Positions 8,880 through 17,739 of a stretch of 64,000 nucleotides of DNA are shown here, in pieces (the first letter of the stretch is position 1; each line of letters begins with the position of its first letter). Made by a program: the position numbers and the translations under genes. The notes beneath the pieces are model-generated. The model made no database searches. It saw nothing but the letters and a program-made list of their open reading frames with translations, and was not told the DNA's origin. This stretch comes from an uncultured Bdellovibrionales bacterium. Lineage in GTDB: Bacteria > Bdellovibrionota > UBA1018 > CAIPTA01. The DNA lies in assembly GCA_964551325.1 (NCBI GenBank), contig CAZKBU010000008.1, positions 82 through 64,081 on the forward strand, given 5' to 3'.

Positions 8880-8882
8880 CCT

Positions 8883-9770
8883 ATGCCGGACTTTGGACTT
8901 TTAGGTTCACTCATGGTGGACCTTCATCGGGAGTTCGTGCGGATTTTCTACTTGATGCTTCCCGTATTCTTCTGCTTGTCGATTGCGGTGACTTGGTTCC
9001 GCAATCCCGGAAATCTTGAGTTCTTGGATGTTTTGAAAAGAGCAGTGATTTCAACTCTTCTCCTTGCAGCATTTCCCGAGATCAGCCAGGCAATTATTTT
9101 CATTGCCGATGGTATTGCGGAAAGAGTCGATCAGATGCAGGGACTTGACGTATTCCTGCGAATGGCAAAAGAGAAGGCGCTAAGTTTCACCTTCGTGAAA
9201 AACACACTTCTTCTACAGTTTCCAGACCTCATCATCGCACTCCTTTCTTTCGTGAGTTACCTGATCCTCTATATCGCGCGATACCTCACCATTGCGATGT
9301 ACCACTTTTATTGGATCTTCTACATGGTGTCCGCTCCACTCCTGCTGCTGTTCAACTTATTTCCGTCCACGAGCCAAATTACGGCGAATTTGTTTCGGGG
9401 AATGGTGGAAATTGCTAGCTGGAAGATCGTTTGGGCGATTCTTGGTGCGATGCTGACGGCGCTTTCGTTCGGGGACAGTTACCGCGCCCAAGATGACTAC
9501 CTGATTCTGATGGTGATGAATTTCGTCATCGCCATTTCGATGTTGAAAACGCCTTCCGTCGTGTCCTCTTTGGTTGGAGCGGGACTCAACTCTATGGCTC
9601 CGAGTGTTGGCGCGGATGCAGCGATGACGATGGCGGCGGTTCCGGCGAAGGCCGCAATGGTCTACACCAAAGGGAAAGTAATTGCGGGTGGTGCCAAGAA
9701 TTTCGCTGGAACCCGAATTGCGAATCATCGGGCTGAGAAAGAAAAACGCGCAGCTATGTATCGCTATTAA
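8883..9770 (+). CDS. polytopic membrane T4SS component, VirB6/TrbL-like
   Basis: 295 aa with at least 5 hydrophobic helices. Sits in the canonical position after the B5-like gene. Confidence 0.6.
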   Translation: MPDFGLLGSLMVDLHREFVRIFYLMLPVFFCLSIAVTWFRNPGNLEFLDVLKRAVISTLLLAAFPEISQAIIFIADGIAERVDQMQGLDVFLRMAKEKALSFTFVKNTLLLQFPDLIIALLSFVSYLILYIARYLTIAMYHFYWIFYMVSAPLLLLFNLFPSTSQITANLFRGMVEIASWKIVWAILGAMLTALSFGDSYRAQDDYLILMVMNFVIAISMLKTPSVVSSLVGAGLNSMAPSVGADAAMTMAAVPAKAAMVYTKGKVIAGGAKNFAGTRIANHRAEKEKRAAMYRY

Positions 9771-9781
9771 GGAACTAAAAA

Positions 9782-10369
9782 ATGAACCAAACAATTCAGC
9801 TAAAGCTCAAGAAACTTCCCAAAGCACTTGGGGAACTCGCTCACTCGAATCAGTTTTTGAAAATGTCGGCATTTTCCTCCTATGGAATTTGCGTTCTTTT
9901 GATCGGAATTATTTTCTATCAGGCCGGAAAGCCTCCAATGGTCCTGCCGCTCGCTCCGGACGCTTCCCTCTATCAGAGCACGGAACAACCAAAGCCGGAA
10001 ATTGAGGTACGGCAAGCAATCAGGGAGTATTTAGAAAGGCGTTACAAATGGGAGCCAAAAACCATTTTGAAGCAACTGGCGGCGGCGCAGGTATTTATTC
10101 TTCCAAGTACGAAAAGGACGTTTGAGGTTTCCACCGCTGGCGTGGCGAAATTTTCCCAGGAAAAACTTGTTTCCCAGCGGGTTTACGCGGACCAGATTCA
10201 AGTGGATACCACCAAAAAGCTCGTCATGATCCGAGGTGATCGCGTGACGGAAATCCAAGGAATGAAAGCAGCCGGTGATTTGCGGCTTGAATTATCTTTC
10301 GAGTACGGCCCAAGGACCGCGCAAAACCCCTGGGGAGTGTACGTCCTAAAAGAACGCGAAGAACTCTGA
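9782..10369 (+). CDS. bitopic T4SS component, VirB8/TrbF-like
   Basis: N-terminal TM (SAFSSYGICVLLIGIIFY) plus a ~140-aa periplasmic domain ending in ...AQNPWGVYVLK, like the NPLG-type motif of VirB8. Confidence 0.55.
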   Translation: MNQTIQLKLKKLPKALGELAHSNQFLKMSAFSSYGICVLLIGIIFYQAGKPPMVLPLAPDASLYQSTEQPKPEIEVRQAIREYLERRYKWEPKTILKQLAAAQVFILPSTKRTFEVSTAGVAKFSQEKLVSQRVYADQIQVDTTKKLVMIRGDRVTEIQGMKAAGDLRLELSFEYGPRTAQNPWGVYVLKEREEL

Positions 10370-10415
10370 AAAACCAAATGAGCCACTAAAAAACCCTCTA
10401 TCCAAAGGAGGGCCC

Positions 10416-11126
10416 ATGAATCCTTTTCTCTGGATTCTGTTGCTCGCATTTTCCCTTCCCCATACTGCATGGGGAAGGGTCCGAAAAATTGAAGTTGGCC
10501 AAGATCAAATTGTCACCGTCAGAACCGCCATTGGAATCGCCACGATCATTCAGGTGCCGGATCGTCCGAATAGCATCGTGGTTGGCGACCAAGCCGGATT
10601 CAAGGTCGAATATCTCGACCAGGCGATCACGATAAAACCTCTTCACGGGGGCGCGAAGAGCAACCTGTATGTCTATACGGATTATCGGCGTTTCAATATC
10701 CAGCTTGTTACCGGCGGCGAAGCATCCGCCGATTATGTCGTCTATCTTGAAAACCCAAAAGAGAAACCACAGAAATCTTCTCTCGTCTGGACGACTTTCA
10801 AAAATCATCTGAACAACGACGGACTTAAATTTGAAGTGAAGCGCCTGGGCCGAACCAAAGATGGGCTGCTCATCGTCGAATTTGCAATTCTGTCGGAGAA
10901 AAAAGAGAAATTGAAACCGGATTGGATTTGGTTAACCCAAAGCGGAGTCACCCGTCCGATTCACAATCTGATTCTTTCGGGCCAAGAGCTGCGCCCGAAC
11001 CAAGGCATCCAGGGAATGATGCAGATTCTGAAAGGCGATGTCTCCGACACCGATCCTTTGCAAATTGAATTGAGACGGCAAAAGACCTCCTATCTCACAA
11101 TTCCAAAGGTAACAGCATGGAAGTAA
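10416..11126 (+). CDS. virB9: T4SS outer-membrane core component, VirB9/TrbG-like
   Basis: AAAGGAGG Shine-Dalgarno and a signal peptide. IEVGQDQIVTVRTAIGIATIIQVPDRPNSIVVGDQAGFKVEYLDQAITIKP...NLYVYTDYRRFNIQL follows the VirB9/CagX N-domain pattern. Confidence 0.7.
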   Translation: MNPFLWILLLAFSLPHTAWGRVRKIEVGQDQIVTVRTAIGIATIIQVPDRPNSIVVGDQAGFKVEYLDQAITIKPLHGGAKSNLYVYTDYRRFNIQLVTGGEASADYVVYLENPKEKPQKSSLVWTTFKNHLNNDGLKFEVKRLGRTKDGLLIVEFAILSEKKEKLKPDWIWLTQSGVTRPIHNLILSGQELRPNQGIQGMMQILKGDVSDTDPLQIELRRQKTSYLTIPKVTAWK

Positions 11127-12094
11127 CTGAAAAAATGCCTTTTAAAGAAAGGCTTTCGGGCCTCTTTTTCAAAGAGAAAGCGTATTTCCTCGCTCGCAGG
11201 GAGATTAAATGGAAGAGCATTCAGAAATGCGCGATTGCGGCAGTCGCTGTAGGAGTCATAGTTGTACTTTTCCTTCCGAATCCTGAGCAACCGCAGGGAT
11301 CATTTCACGAACGAGCTGAAGCAGGTTCAATTTCCCGGTCAAGGTCTATAGAAGGTGATCCCACTCAGGAAGCTATTGCACAAATGCAAGGCGGAGGATC
11401 AGGACGTTATGTCCCTGGATCGCTCGATCATCTATACGTCAACAATAGTGGTTCCGGCCCGAGTTCGGCTGCGCCCGATCGCAGTAGTTCGATGGTTCTC
11501 ACGAGAGGCGGCGGCGACACAAAGACGCAAATTCCTCCTGGCTCCCGTTTAGCTGTTCGACTTTATGAAAAAGCTGTTGTGGCAAGCCAGGGAATGCCCA
11601 TCATTGGCATGGTGACCCGCGACTATGTGCATGAAGATGCCGTAGCCGTCCCCCAGGGGTCAAAGCTATTTGGCGAGATTTCCTTTGATGATGGCGGTGA
11701 CCGGGCACGAATTGATTGGCGTGTCATTCAGCTTCCCGATCGAAGAGAGCGTCCGATTTCCGCGCTGGGAATCGGGGCGGACGGCCAAGTGGGTGTGGCC
11801 GGAAAAGTTCATTCCGAGGCGCTAAAAAACACGATTGGACAGACTCTTACCCGATTCATCGGCGCTTACGCCGAGGGCTCCATGCAGCGCGGACCAATGG
11901 GATCAAACCAAGGTGGTAGCGACAACGGATTGAGAAACGCGGTGGCCGAAACCGCCAAGGACCGCGCCGAAGCGTGGGCCGATGATCTGAAAAAAGAAAA
12001 CCGCTGGATTGAGGTTTCAAACGGCACGGAATTTTACGCCGTTCTCACGCAAAGCTTTGCATTCAGGGACCCAGGAGCAACTTATGGCAGATAA
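11117..12094 (+). CDS. virB10: T4SS core component, VirB10/TrbI-like
   Basis: 10-nt overlap with the B9-like gene. N-terminal TM, low-complexity linker, and a C-terminal domain IPPGSRLAVRLYEKAVVASQGMPIIGMVTRD...VPQGSKLFGE...GQVGVAGKVHSE typical of TrbI/VirB10. Confidence 0.7.
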   Translation: MEVTEKMPFKERLSGLFFKEKAYFLARREIKWKSIQKCAIAAVAVGVIVVLFLPNPEQPQGSFHERAEAGSISRSRSIEGDPTQEAIAQMQGGGSGRYVPGSLDHLYVNNSGSGPSSAAPDRSSSMVLTRGGGDTKTQIPPGSRLAVRLYEKAVVASQGMPIIGMVTRDYVHEDAVAVPQGSKLFGEISFDDGGDRARIDWRVIQLPDRRERPISALGIGADGQVGVAGKVHSEALKNTIGQTLTRFIGAYAEGSMQRGPMGSNQGGSDNGLRNAVAETAKDRAEAWADDLKKENRWIEVSNGTEFYAVLTQSFAFRDPGATYGR

Positions 12095-13694
12095 AAACGA
12101 AAAGGCCCAAGCTAGCGACCACACGCTGATTTGGGGAGCCGGAATATTTTTCGGCGTCATGATTCTGGATAAGCTGTGTAACCTTTTTTTGAAATGGATC
12201 AAATCACCTCAAAACCAGATGTTCTTTATCGGAGCGATCATCGCGGGGCTTACCGCCCTCTTTTATTGGGCGGCGAGAAAACGGGAAATCGCCCTTGCGA
12301 GGAGAAAGCAAGCAGCGGCGGTTCTTGGTCCCGCCGAAGGCTCCGTGTTTTGCGGGGTAACTGATAAGCGCAAGCCTGTTCACATCAAACCAAAACAGCG
12401 GGCCATGCACACCCAAGTCATTGGCACCACGAACGCTGGTAAAACGGAGTCTGTGATTCTTCCCTGGGCCATTCAGGATATTGAAAAAGGGCGCGGTCTT
12501 GTCTTAATTGATGGAAAAGCGGATCGAAGCTTACTTGATAAGCTCTGGGCGTATGCGGTGAAACACAAGCGCGAAAAGGATTTTCGCTTGTTTTCCCTGA
12601 GCCACATTGAGGAATCGCATCAGTTTAATCCTCTCGTGGGCGGAACTCCCGAAGAAGTTTCAGAGCGGGTCTTTAATTCTTTCGAGTTTGAAAATGCCTA
12701 TTACCGAAGCGTCCAGTTTGAGATTTTCTCACAGGTTTTGCGAATCTTCGCGGCTGCCAATGAAATTCCAACTTTTTTGAAGATTCATCAGGCAATCACT
12801 GAACCCAATAAACTGGTGGCTCTCAGCCGGGAAACGGGAGACGACTCGCTCAAACAATGGGCGGCCTACTACCGGGATCTTCCGCCGAGTGAACGCACCC
12901 AGCGCATCAGCGGCTTGACCGCGGCCTTGAGCCATTTTGCCTTTGGAAAAACCGCGAGTCTCTTTAATACCGAAGCACCGACCATAACGCTTGACGAGAC
13001 ACTGGGAAAAAATCTGATCGTATATTTCCAGCTTCCGGTGCTTCTCTCCCCCTTTCTAGGAAAGGCATCGGGAAAAATGATTCTACAGTGCTTACAAAGC
13101 GCCGTAGCCAATCGCCACCGTGGAACTAACCGGCAGCACAAGTTTTTCTCCGTCTTTCTGGATGATTTTTCCGAGTACCTGTATCCGGGGTTCGTTTCGG
13201 TTCTGAACAAATCAAGAAGCGCCAATGTCGGCGTCGTGTTCGCGCACCAGGCTCTCGGGGATATTAAAACGATGGGCGATGCCATTGCCAATTCCATTCT
13301 GACAAACGCAAATTTGAAAGTTTTCATGCGCGGCAACGATCCTGAGTCGGCGGAATACTTCGCCAAGGTCATTGGAACGATGAAGGGGCAAAAATTCACT
13401 GAAAGAACAAAAAGAAGCCTTTGGAACAACCAAACGACGGGAGACGGGTCAATCCGCGAAGTCGAAGAGTTCATCATCCACCCGAATAAATTCAAAAGTG
13501 AACTTGGTGTCGGCGAGGCCGTCATGGTCATTCCCCACGAGGCCGGAAGTACCGCCATCAATATCAAATTCCAAAAATTCGACGATCTTGAGGCAAAAGA
13601 ACTTGAGCTGATTCACAAAGAGGCACCGAAGGGTCTTGTCCTTCGGGAGCTGAAAGTTCCTGAGAACAAGGAACCAAAAATGGAGGCCGCATGA
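12084..13694 (+). CDS. virD4: type IV coupling protein VirD4/TraG family
   Basis: ATG 12084 follows AGGAG and overlaps the B10 stop. Two N-terminal TM helices, Walker A VIGTTNAGKTES, Walker B FFSVFLDDFSEY, and VVFAHQALGD. Confidence 0.85.
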   Translation: MADKNEKAQASDHTLIWGAGIFFGVMILDKLCNLFLKWIKSPQNQMFFIGAIIAGLTALFYWAARKREIALARRKQAAAVLGPAEGSVFCGVTDKRKPVHIKPKQRAMHTQVIGTTNAGKTESVILPWAIQDIEKGRGLVLIDGKADRSLLDKLWAYAVKHKREKDFRLFSLSHIEESHQFNPLVGGTPEEVSERVFNSFEFENAYYRSVQFEIFSQVLRIFAAANEIPTFLKIHQAITEPNKLVALSRETGDDSLKQWAAYYRDLPPSERTQRISGLTAALSHFAFGKTASLFNTEAPTITLDETLGKNLIVYFQLPVLLSPFLGKASGKMILQCLQSAVANRHRGTNRQHKFFSVFLDDFSEYLYPGFVSVLNKSRSANVGVVFAHQALGDIKTMGDAIANSILTNANLKVFMRGNDPESAEYFAKVIGTMKGQKFTERTKRSLWNNQTTGDGSIREVEEFIIHPNKFKSELGVGEAVMVIPHEAGSTAINIKFQKFDDLEAKELELIHKEAPKGLVLRELKVPENKEPKMEAA

Positions 13695-14137
13695 AAAAAG
13701 AAACGGCGAACTTCTATTGTTTTTCGATGATTCATTTGCTTGCTTTCGCTTTAGCGATGGCCGGATGCGCCACACAGAACAAAAGCGCGGGATTGGGTGG
13801 AATGATCGGCGTCGGAACGGGAGCCGCTTTGGGCGGAATCGCTGACCCTGGAAAAAATGGAGAGTATCGCACGAGGAATGTCATCGTGGGCGCAACTCTT
13901 GGCGGGATGACCGGGCTCGTTGCGGGATCAGTCATCCACGACGAGATGGAGTCACAAAAGAAGGAGGCATTTTTGAAAGGACGCGCATCGGCTTCCCCAG
14001 CCCAGGCGGGAGCCATGCCGTCCTTGAAAAATCCTAAAGTGGAATCACGGTGGATTGAGGGCCGGGTGGTTGGAAACCGATTTATCGAAGGGCATTTTGA
14101 ATACGTCATCATTGAACCAGCAAAGTGGGACAACTGA
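13691..14137 (+). CDS. glycine-zipper lipoprotein (possible VirB7 analogue)
   Basis: ATGA overlap with virD4. Lipobox LAMAGC. Gly-zipper GLGGMIGVGTGAALGGI...GATLGGMTGLVAGSV. Confidence 0.6.
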   Translation: MKKETANFYCFSMIHLLAFALAMAGCATQNKSAGLGGMIGVGTGAALGGIADPGKNGEYRTRNVIVGATLGGMTGLVAGSVIHDEMESQKKEAFLKGRASASPAQAGAMPSLKNPKVESRWIEGRVVGNRFIEGHFEYVIIEPAKWDN

Positions 14138-14874
14138 TGCGTCCCTTGAAAGTGCCCGAAGCGGAGATTCGCTATGCGGCTAAAACAGGATTTCTGACGA
14201 AAAGAATCTGGGAAGATTTTTTTGCGGGCGATATTCCGGGCTGGAAGCGGCGTCGCTTATGGAGATGCTTTGCAGTGAGAGGCTTCTTCCGGCCACACCC
14301 ATCATCACTTGCGAAGCAAGTCCTAATACTAAACCGAAAATCGCCAATGGTTTTTAAACTTGTAGGCGATGAAATTTCCTCACCGCCATTCGTTTCGCAA
14401 CTGGAACACGACGAGACTGTTGCGCGGATTCTTTTGGACCTGAAAAAGGCGGGAGTCATCCAGTCCTTTACAACCGAGATGGAACTGAAAAGGGAAATCA
14501 AAGAAAAACAGCGTTACGATGGGTCCGTTAAAATGAAATATCCAGACGCGATTATTGAAGTCAGCGGACCTATGACCAAAATAAAAGTTGCCCTGGAACT
14601 TGAACTGACCCGCAAAGACCCGAAGCGATACAGGCAATGCCTGAACACTTACGCTGCCCGAAGGGAAGTAAGCCAGGTTGTTTTCATTGCGAGAGCCAAT
14701 GCCGTCTTCGATTCCCTTCGCAGGGCGATGCGGGAAACCTACTATCCTGATTGGGAGCGTCCTATCGGCTTTTCTCCTCTTGAGGAATGGAAGCGGAATC
14801 CCGCCGAAGCGGCAATCTGCTTTAGCGAAACGCAAACGTCATTGAGATCAATCCACAAAAAAATGAACTCTTGA
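14137..14874 (+). CDS. Replic_Relax (replication-relaxation, PD-(D/E)xK-like) family protein
   Basis: ATG 14137 shares its A with the upstream TGA (a GTG at 14125 is also possible). LEHDETVARILLDL..., then KYPDAIIEV...KVALELELTRK (a PD...ExK nuclease-type motif). The overall pattern recalls Pfam Replic_Relax. Confidence 0.5.
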   Translation: MRPLKVPEAEIRYAAKTGFLTKRIWEDFFAGDIPGWKRRRLWRCFAVRGFFRPHPSSLAKQVLILNRKSPMVFKLVGDEISSPPFVSQLEHDETVARILLDLKKAGVIQSFTTEMELKREIKEKQRYDGSVKMKYPDAIIEVSGPMTKIKVALELELTRKDPKRYRQCLNTYAARREVSQVVFIARANAVFDSLRRAMRETYYPDWERPIGFSPLEEWKRNPAEAAICFSETQTSLRSIHKKMNS

Positions 14875-14966
14875 GTTTCGGTTCTCAAAGTGTTCACTGC
14901 GGACTAAAACTCCGAAGCAGCTCATCATACCGACAATCCGGAATTGAATGAATTTCTAACAAGTTA

Positions 14967-15076
14967 GCCGCCGCCGCCTCACCAAGCCAGTCCCCTAATC
15001 GCAAAAGACCACTCCCCCCCAACATTAGTTGAGTGGAAGTGGTCTTTTGCTGGTGACTGACAAGGATCGGCGGCGG
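14967..15076. promoter_or_regulatory. candidate oriT: long imperfect inverted repeat
   Basis: Perfect 13-bp stem GCAAAAGACCACT (15001-15013) / AGTGGTCTTTTGC (15038-15050). It is extended by CAGTC (14988-14992) / GACTG (15055-15059) and CCGCCGCC (14968-14975) / GGCGGCGG (15069-15076). Lies in the only sizeable intergenic gap of the transfer region. Confidence 0.35.
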
Positions 15077-15078
15077 TG

Positions 15079-15528
15079 ATGTATGTGAATGGGGAAATTA
15101 TGGATAAGAATAATAATATTTTTAATACGGGAACGGGATCGGGTGCGGGAACAGAAGACGGGAACGAAAGCCATCGGTTGACGATTACGAAAGCGGCGGA
15201 GCAAGCTCTCGTATCGGCTGTTGACCGGATCAACGATGGCTTTCAAGGGGGAAAGGTCAATCGGAACCAAGTCGCAATCTGGGCGCTCTCGCGCTTTGGC
15301 GAAACCCTTGGTCCCGACGAAATCAGGGAAATCCGCGCGGAGTTCTTGGACGAGTTTTCGGCCTTGGATGCCATCCTGCGCCGAGCCAAGAACACCGGAA
15401 AAATGCCTCCTGAATTAAAAGCCTTTTTGCAAAGACAGATGGGGCTAGATGATTCACCGAAGAAAAAAAGCAAAAAGGGCTTGCAGGATAATGTAATCAA
15501 TGATTACATTGAAGATAACAAGGTCTGA
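15079..15528 (+). CDS. hypothetical protein (possible relaxosome or regulatory accessory)
   Basis: 149-aa ORF with no recognisable motif. The start is ambiguous (GTG 15076, ATG 15079, ATG 15100). Co-directional with the downstream XRE and recombinase genes. Confidence 0.45.
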   Translation: MYVNGEIMDKNNNIFNTGTGSGAGTEDGNESHRLTITKAAEQALVSAVDRINDGFQGGKVNRNQVAIWALSRFGETLGPDEIREIRAEFLDEFSALDAILRRAKNTGKMPPELKAFLQRQMGLDDSPKKKSKKGLQDNVINDYIEDNKV

Positions 15529-15538
15529 GTGAAAGTTG

Positions 15539-15760
15539 ATGGAAGCGGAAGAGATCAAACGGATCAGAGACAAACTCGGCATGAGCAGGGACGGACTCGC
15601 GCAACTGATGTGTCTTGGCTATCGAAGCCTCATGCACATTGAGCTTGGAACGAGGAACCCGAGCAAACTGACTATCCGTCTCCTCCGCTATATCGACTCA
15701 CTCCCTAAGACGAAAGCCCTGGCCTTTATTGAGGAACTGAAACGACATGAACCTAAATAA
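15539..15760 (+). CDS. XRE-type HTH protein
   Basis: IKRIRDKLGMSRDGLAQLMCLGYRSLMHIELGTRNPSKLTIRLLRYI is a Cro/C1-like HTH. 73 aa. Confidence 0.7.
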   Translation: MEAEEIKRIRDKLGMSRDGLAQLMCLGYRSLMHIELGTRNPSKLTIRLLRYIDSLPKTKALAFIEELKRHEPK

Positions 15761-15989
15761 GTTCGTCAAAATACTTAGGAGCTTTATGGCTCGCAGAGAA
15801 AGTCGCAGCGGCAAAAGAGCCGCCATCGCCAATCTGCGCGTTCAGTTGATCCCGGTCCGCAAAGAAAATTTCGATGTCACGACTCACCGACAAGTGATCG
15901 GGCATTTATTAAGTATGATGGTCCTCAACCTGCACAAGCGGGGTCGGCCAAAGAAGAACGAGGAAGGAGAACTCAGCTATGCGATATAA
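15747..15989 (+). CDS. small basic protein (possible recombination directionality factor or regulator)
   Basis: 80 aa. Overlaps the XRE gene by 14 nt and the recombinase gene by 11 nt. Contains the AT-hook-like KRGRPKK. Confidence 0.4.
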   Translation: MNLNKFVKILRSFMARRESRSGKRAAIANLRVQLIPVRKENFDVTTHRQVIGHLLSMMVLNLHKRGRPKKNEEGELSYAI

Positions 15990-17739
15990 GGTTGGAGTTT
16001 ACGTCCGTGTCAGCACCGACGAACAAGCCCTCCGCTCGGAGGGCTCGCTTGAGACGCAAAAACACAGAATCCTGGCCGAAGTAGAGAACCGCAACAGGCG
16101 CGAGAGCGGATGGGGCAAGGTTTTTGATGTTTATGAAGATGACGGTTATTCGGCGGCTGGATACCGTCCCGCCTATGAGCGCCTGATGGCGGACATTCGC
16201 AAAGGGAAAGTGAATTTGATTTTCGTGGCCGACTATTTCCGGTTTTGCCGCCACTTGCTTGATTATCTGAGTCTTGCGGAGGATTTGAAAAAGATTGGCG
16301 CAAAGATTCTCTCCGTCAAAGACAACTTTGATACCGAGACCGCGATGGGCCAGTCCATGATCCGCAACTATATCAATATGGCGCAGACAGAGCGGGAACT
16401 GACGGCTGAAAGGGTTGCCACCAACTTCCATGCCCGTGCTCTTCGCGGACTTAGGAATGGCGGGCGCATCCTTTATGGATTTGACCGGAACGACAAGGAC
16501 TTGGCCCGCCTAATGATCAATGAAAGCGAGGCACGGGAGATTCGGGAAGTTTTCCGCGTCTACTTGGAGGAAGGAACCTGCGGCAAGGCAACGGATCGTC
16601 TCAACCAGAAGGGCCTTCTCAGAAAGACCAAAAGCTACAAGGACGACAGCATCGTAAAGGCCGAGCCGTGGACCCGCTCTGCGGTTCACTACGTCTTAAG
16701 AAACCCGGCATACGCTGGCCTCCGTGAGATCAACAGGAAGAACAAGGACCAGGATCAGACGACCTTGAAGGAATCAGCGCAATACAAAGTTGTTCCCGCA
16801 TCGTGGCCCGCCATTGTTGACCAAACGACCTGGAATACGACGCAGGAAAGTCTCAACTTCGCGCTGTCCAAGGCGCGCGAACGGATGAAAGGAAAAACGA
16901 AAAGAGATTTTCTCCTCTCGGGCATCCTCAAATGCGCGGAGTGCGGCGGCTCCCTTATGGGGGCAACGGGACACGGAACAAAGTCCGTCCACAGATACTA
17001 CGTCCACCGCCATGTAAAAGGGAGAGCAATCGAATGCTCGATGGACTGGATTCCCGCCGACGACTTGGAGACGGCGATCCTTGAAAAATTGGACCTCGTT
17101 TTAACAGACGAAGGGTACCTCAACAATCTTGAGGTCACGATGGAAAAGATTGCAACAGACCGCCAATCCGATCTGCGACTGGAAAAGGAAACCCTGGAAT
17201 CAGGGTACTCGAAAATCGAAGCGGAAATCCGAAAGACAATCCAAGTCCAGGCGCAATGCGCTGATGTGACAGTGGATGATGTTTTCCGGGATCAGCTCCG
17301 AACCCTTGGCGACGAGAAACGAATCATGAAAGTCCGACTGGACGAAATTGAGAACCAGCTTAGAGATTTCATCGCGCCGAAGGAAGCGCGGAACGCGATC
17401 AAAATTAACGTGACCGTCTTTAAGAAGGCATACACCAAAGCCAAAAACGTCGTTCGCAAGCGTCTGCTTGGAACCGTTTTTGATTCTCTCACTTTAGGCA
17501 ACTGTGAACTGAATCTGTATTTCAATCAGACCGTCGGTTCAGCGGAAGCCGTCCACTATGCACAAAACAAAAAGTCCTCGGGGGTTTCCTCCGAGGACTC
17601 TCTTCTCGTTGCAAAAATCCTACAATTTAAAAGACCAGTTCGTGAGGCTTCCGCCCCCGGTCTGACCGGAGCCCTTTCCCGGGATGAAAGGGTCATTTTA
17701 CGTGAAGTTGTTGGAATTGGTCGGGGTGGCGGGATTTGA
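15979..17739 (+). CDS. large serine recombinase
   Basis: AAGGAG Shine-Dalgarno. N-terminal resolvase catalytic motif YKVGVYVRVSTDEQ, recombinase domain, Cys-containing LKCAECGGSLMG...H zinc-ribbon-like segment, and a long coiled-coil region. 586 aa. The stop TGA at 17737-17739 lies inside tRNA-Pro(CGG). Confidence 0.9.
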   Translation: MRYKVGVYVRVSTDEQALRSEGSLETQKHRILAEVENRNRRESGWGKVFDVYEDDGYSAAGYRPAYERLMADIRKGKVNLIFVADYFRFCRHLLDYLSLAEDLKKIGAKILSVKDNFDTETAMGQSMIRNYINMAQTERELTAERVATNFHARALRGLRNGGRILYGFDRNDKDLARLMINESEAREIREVFRVYLEEGTCGKATDRLNQKGLLRKTKSYKDDSIVKAEPWTRSAVHYVLRNPAYAGLREINRKNKDQDQTTLKESAQYKVVPASWPAIVDQTTWNTTQESLNFALSKARERMKGKTKRDFLLSGILKCAECGGSLMGATGHGTKSVHRYYVHRHVKGRAIECSMDWIPADDLETAILEKLDLVLTDEGYLNNLEVTMEKIATDRQSDLRLEKETLESGYSKIEAEIRKTIQVQAQCADVTVDDVFRDQLRTLGDEKRIMKVRLDEIENQLRDFIAPKEARNAIKINVTVFKKAYTKAKNVVRKRLLGTVFDSLTLGNCELNLYFNQTVGSAEAVHYAQNKKSSGVSSEDSLLVAKILQFKRPVREASAPGLTGALSRDERVILREVVGIGRGGGI

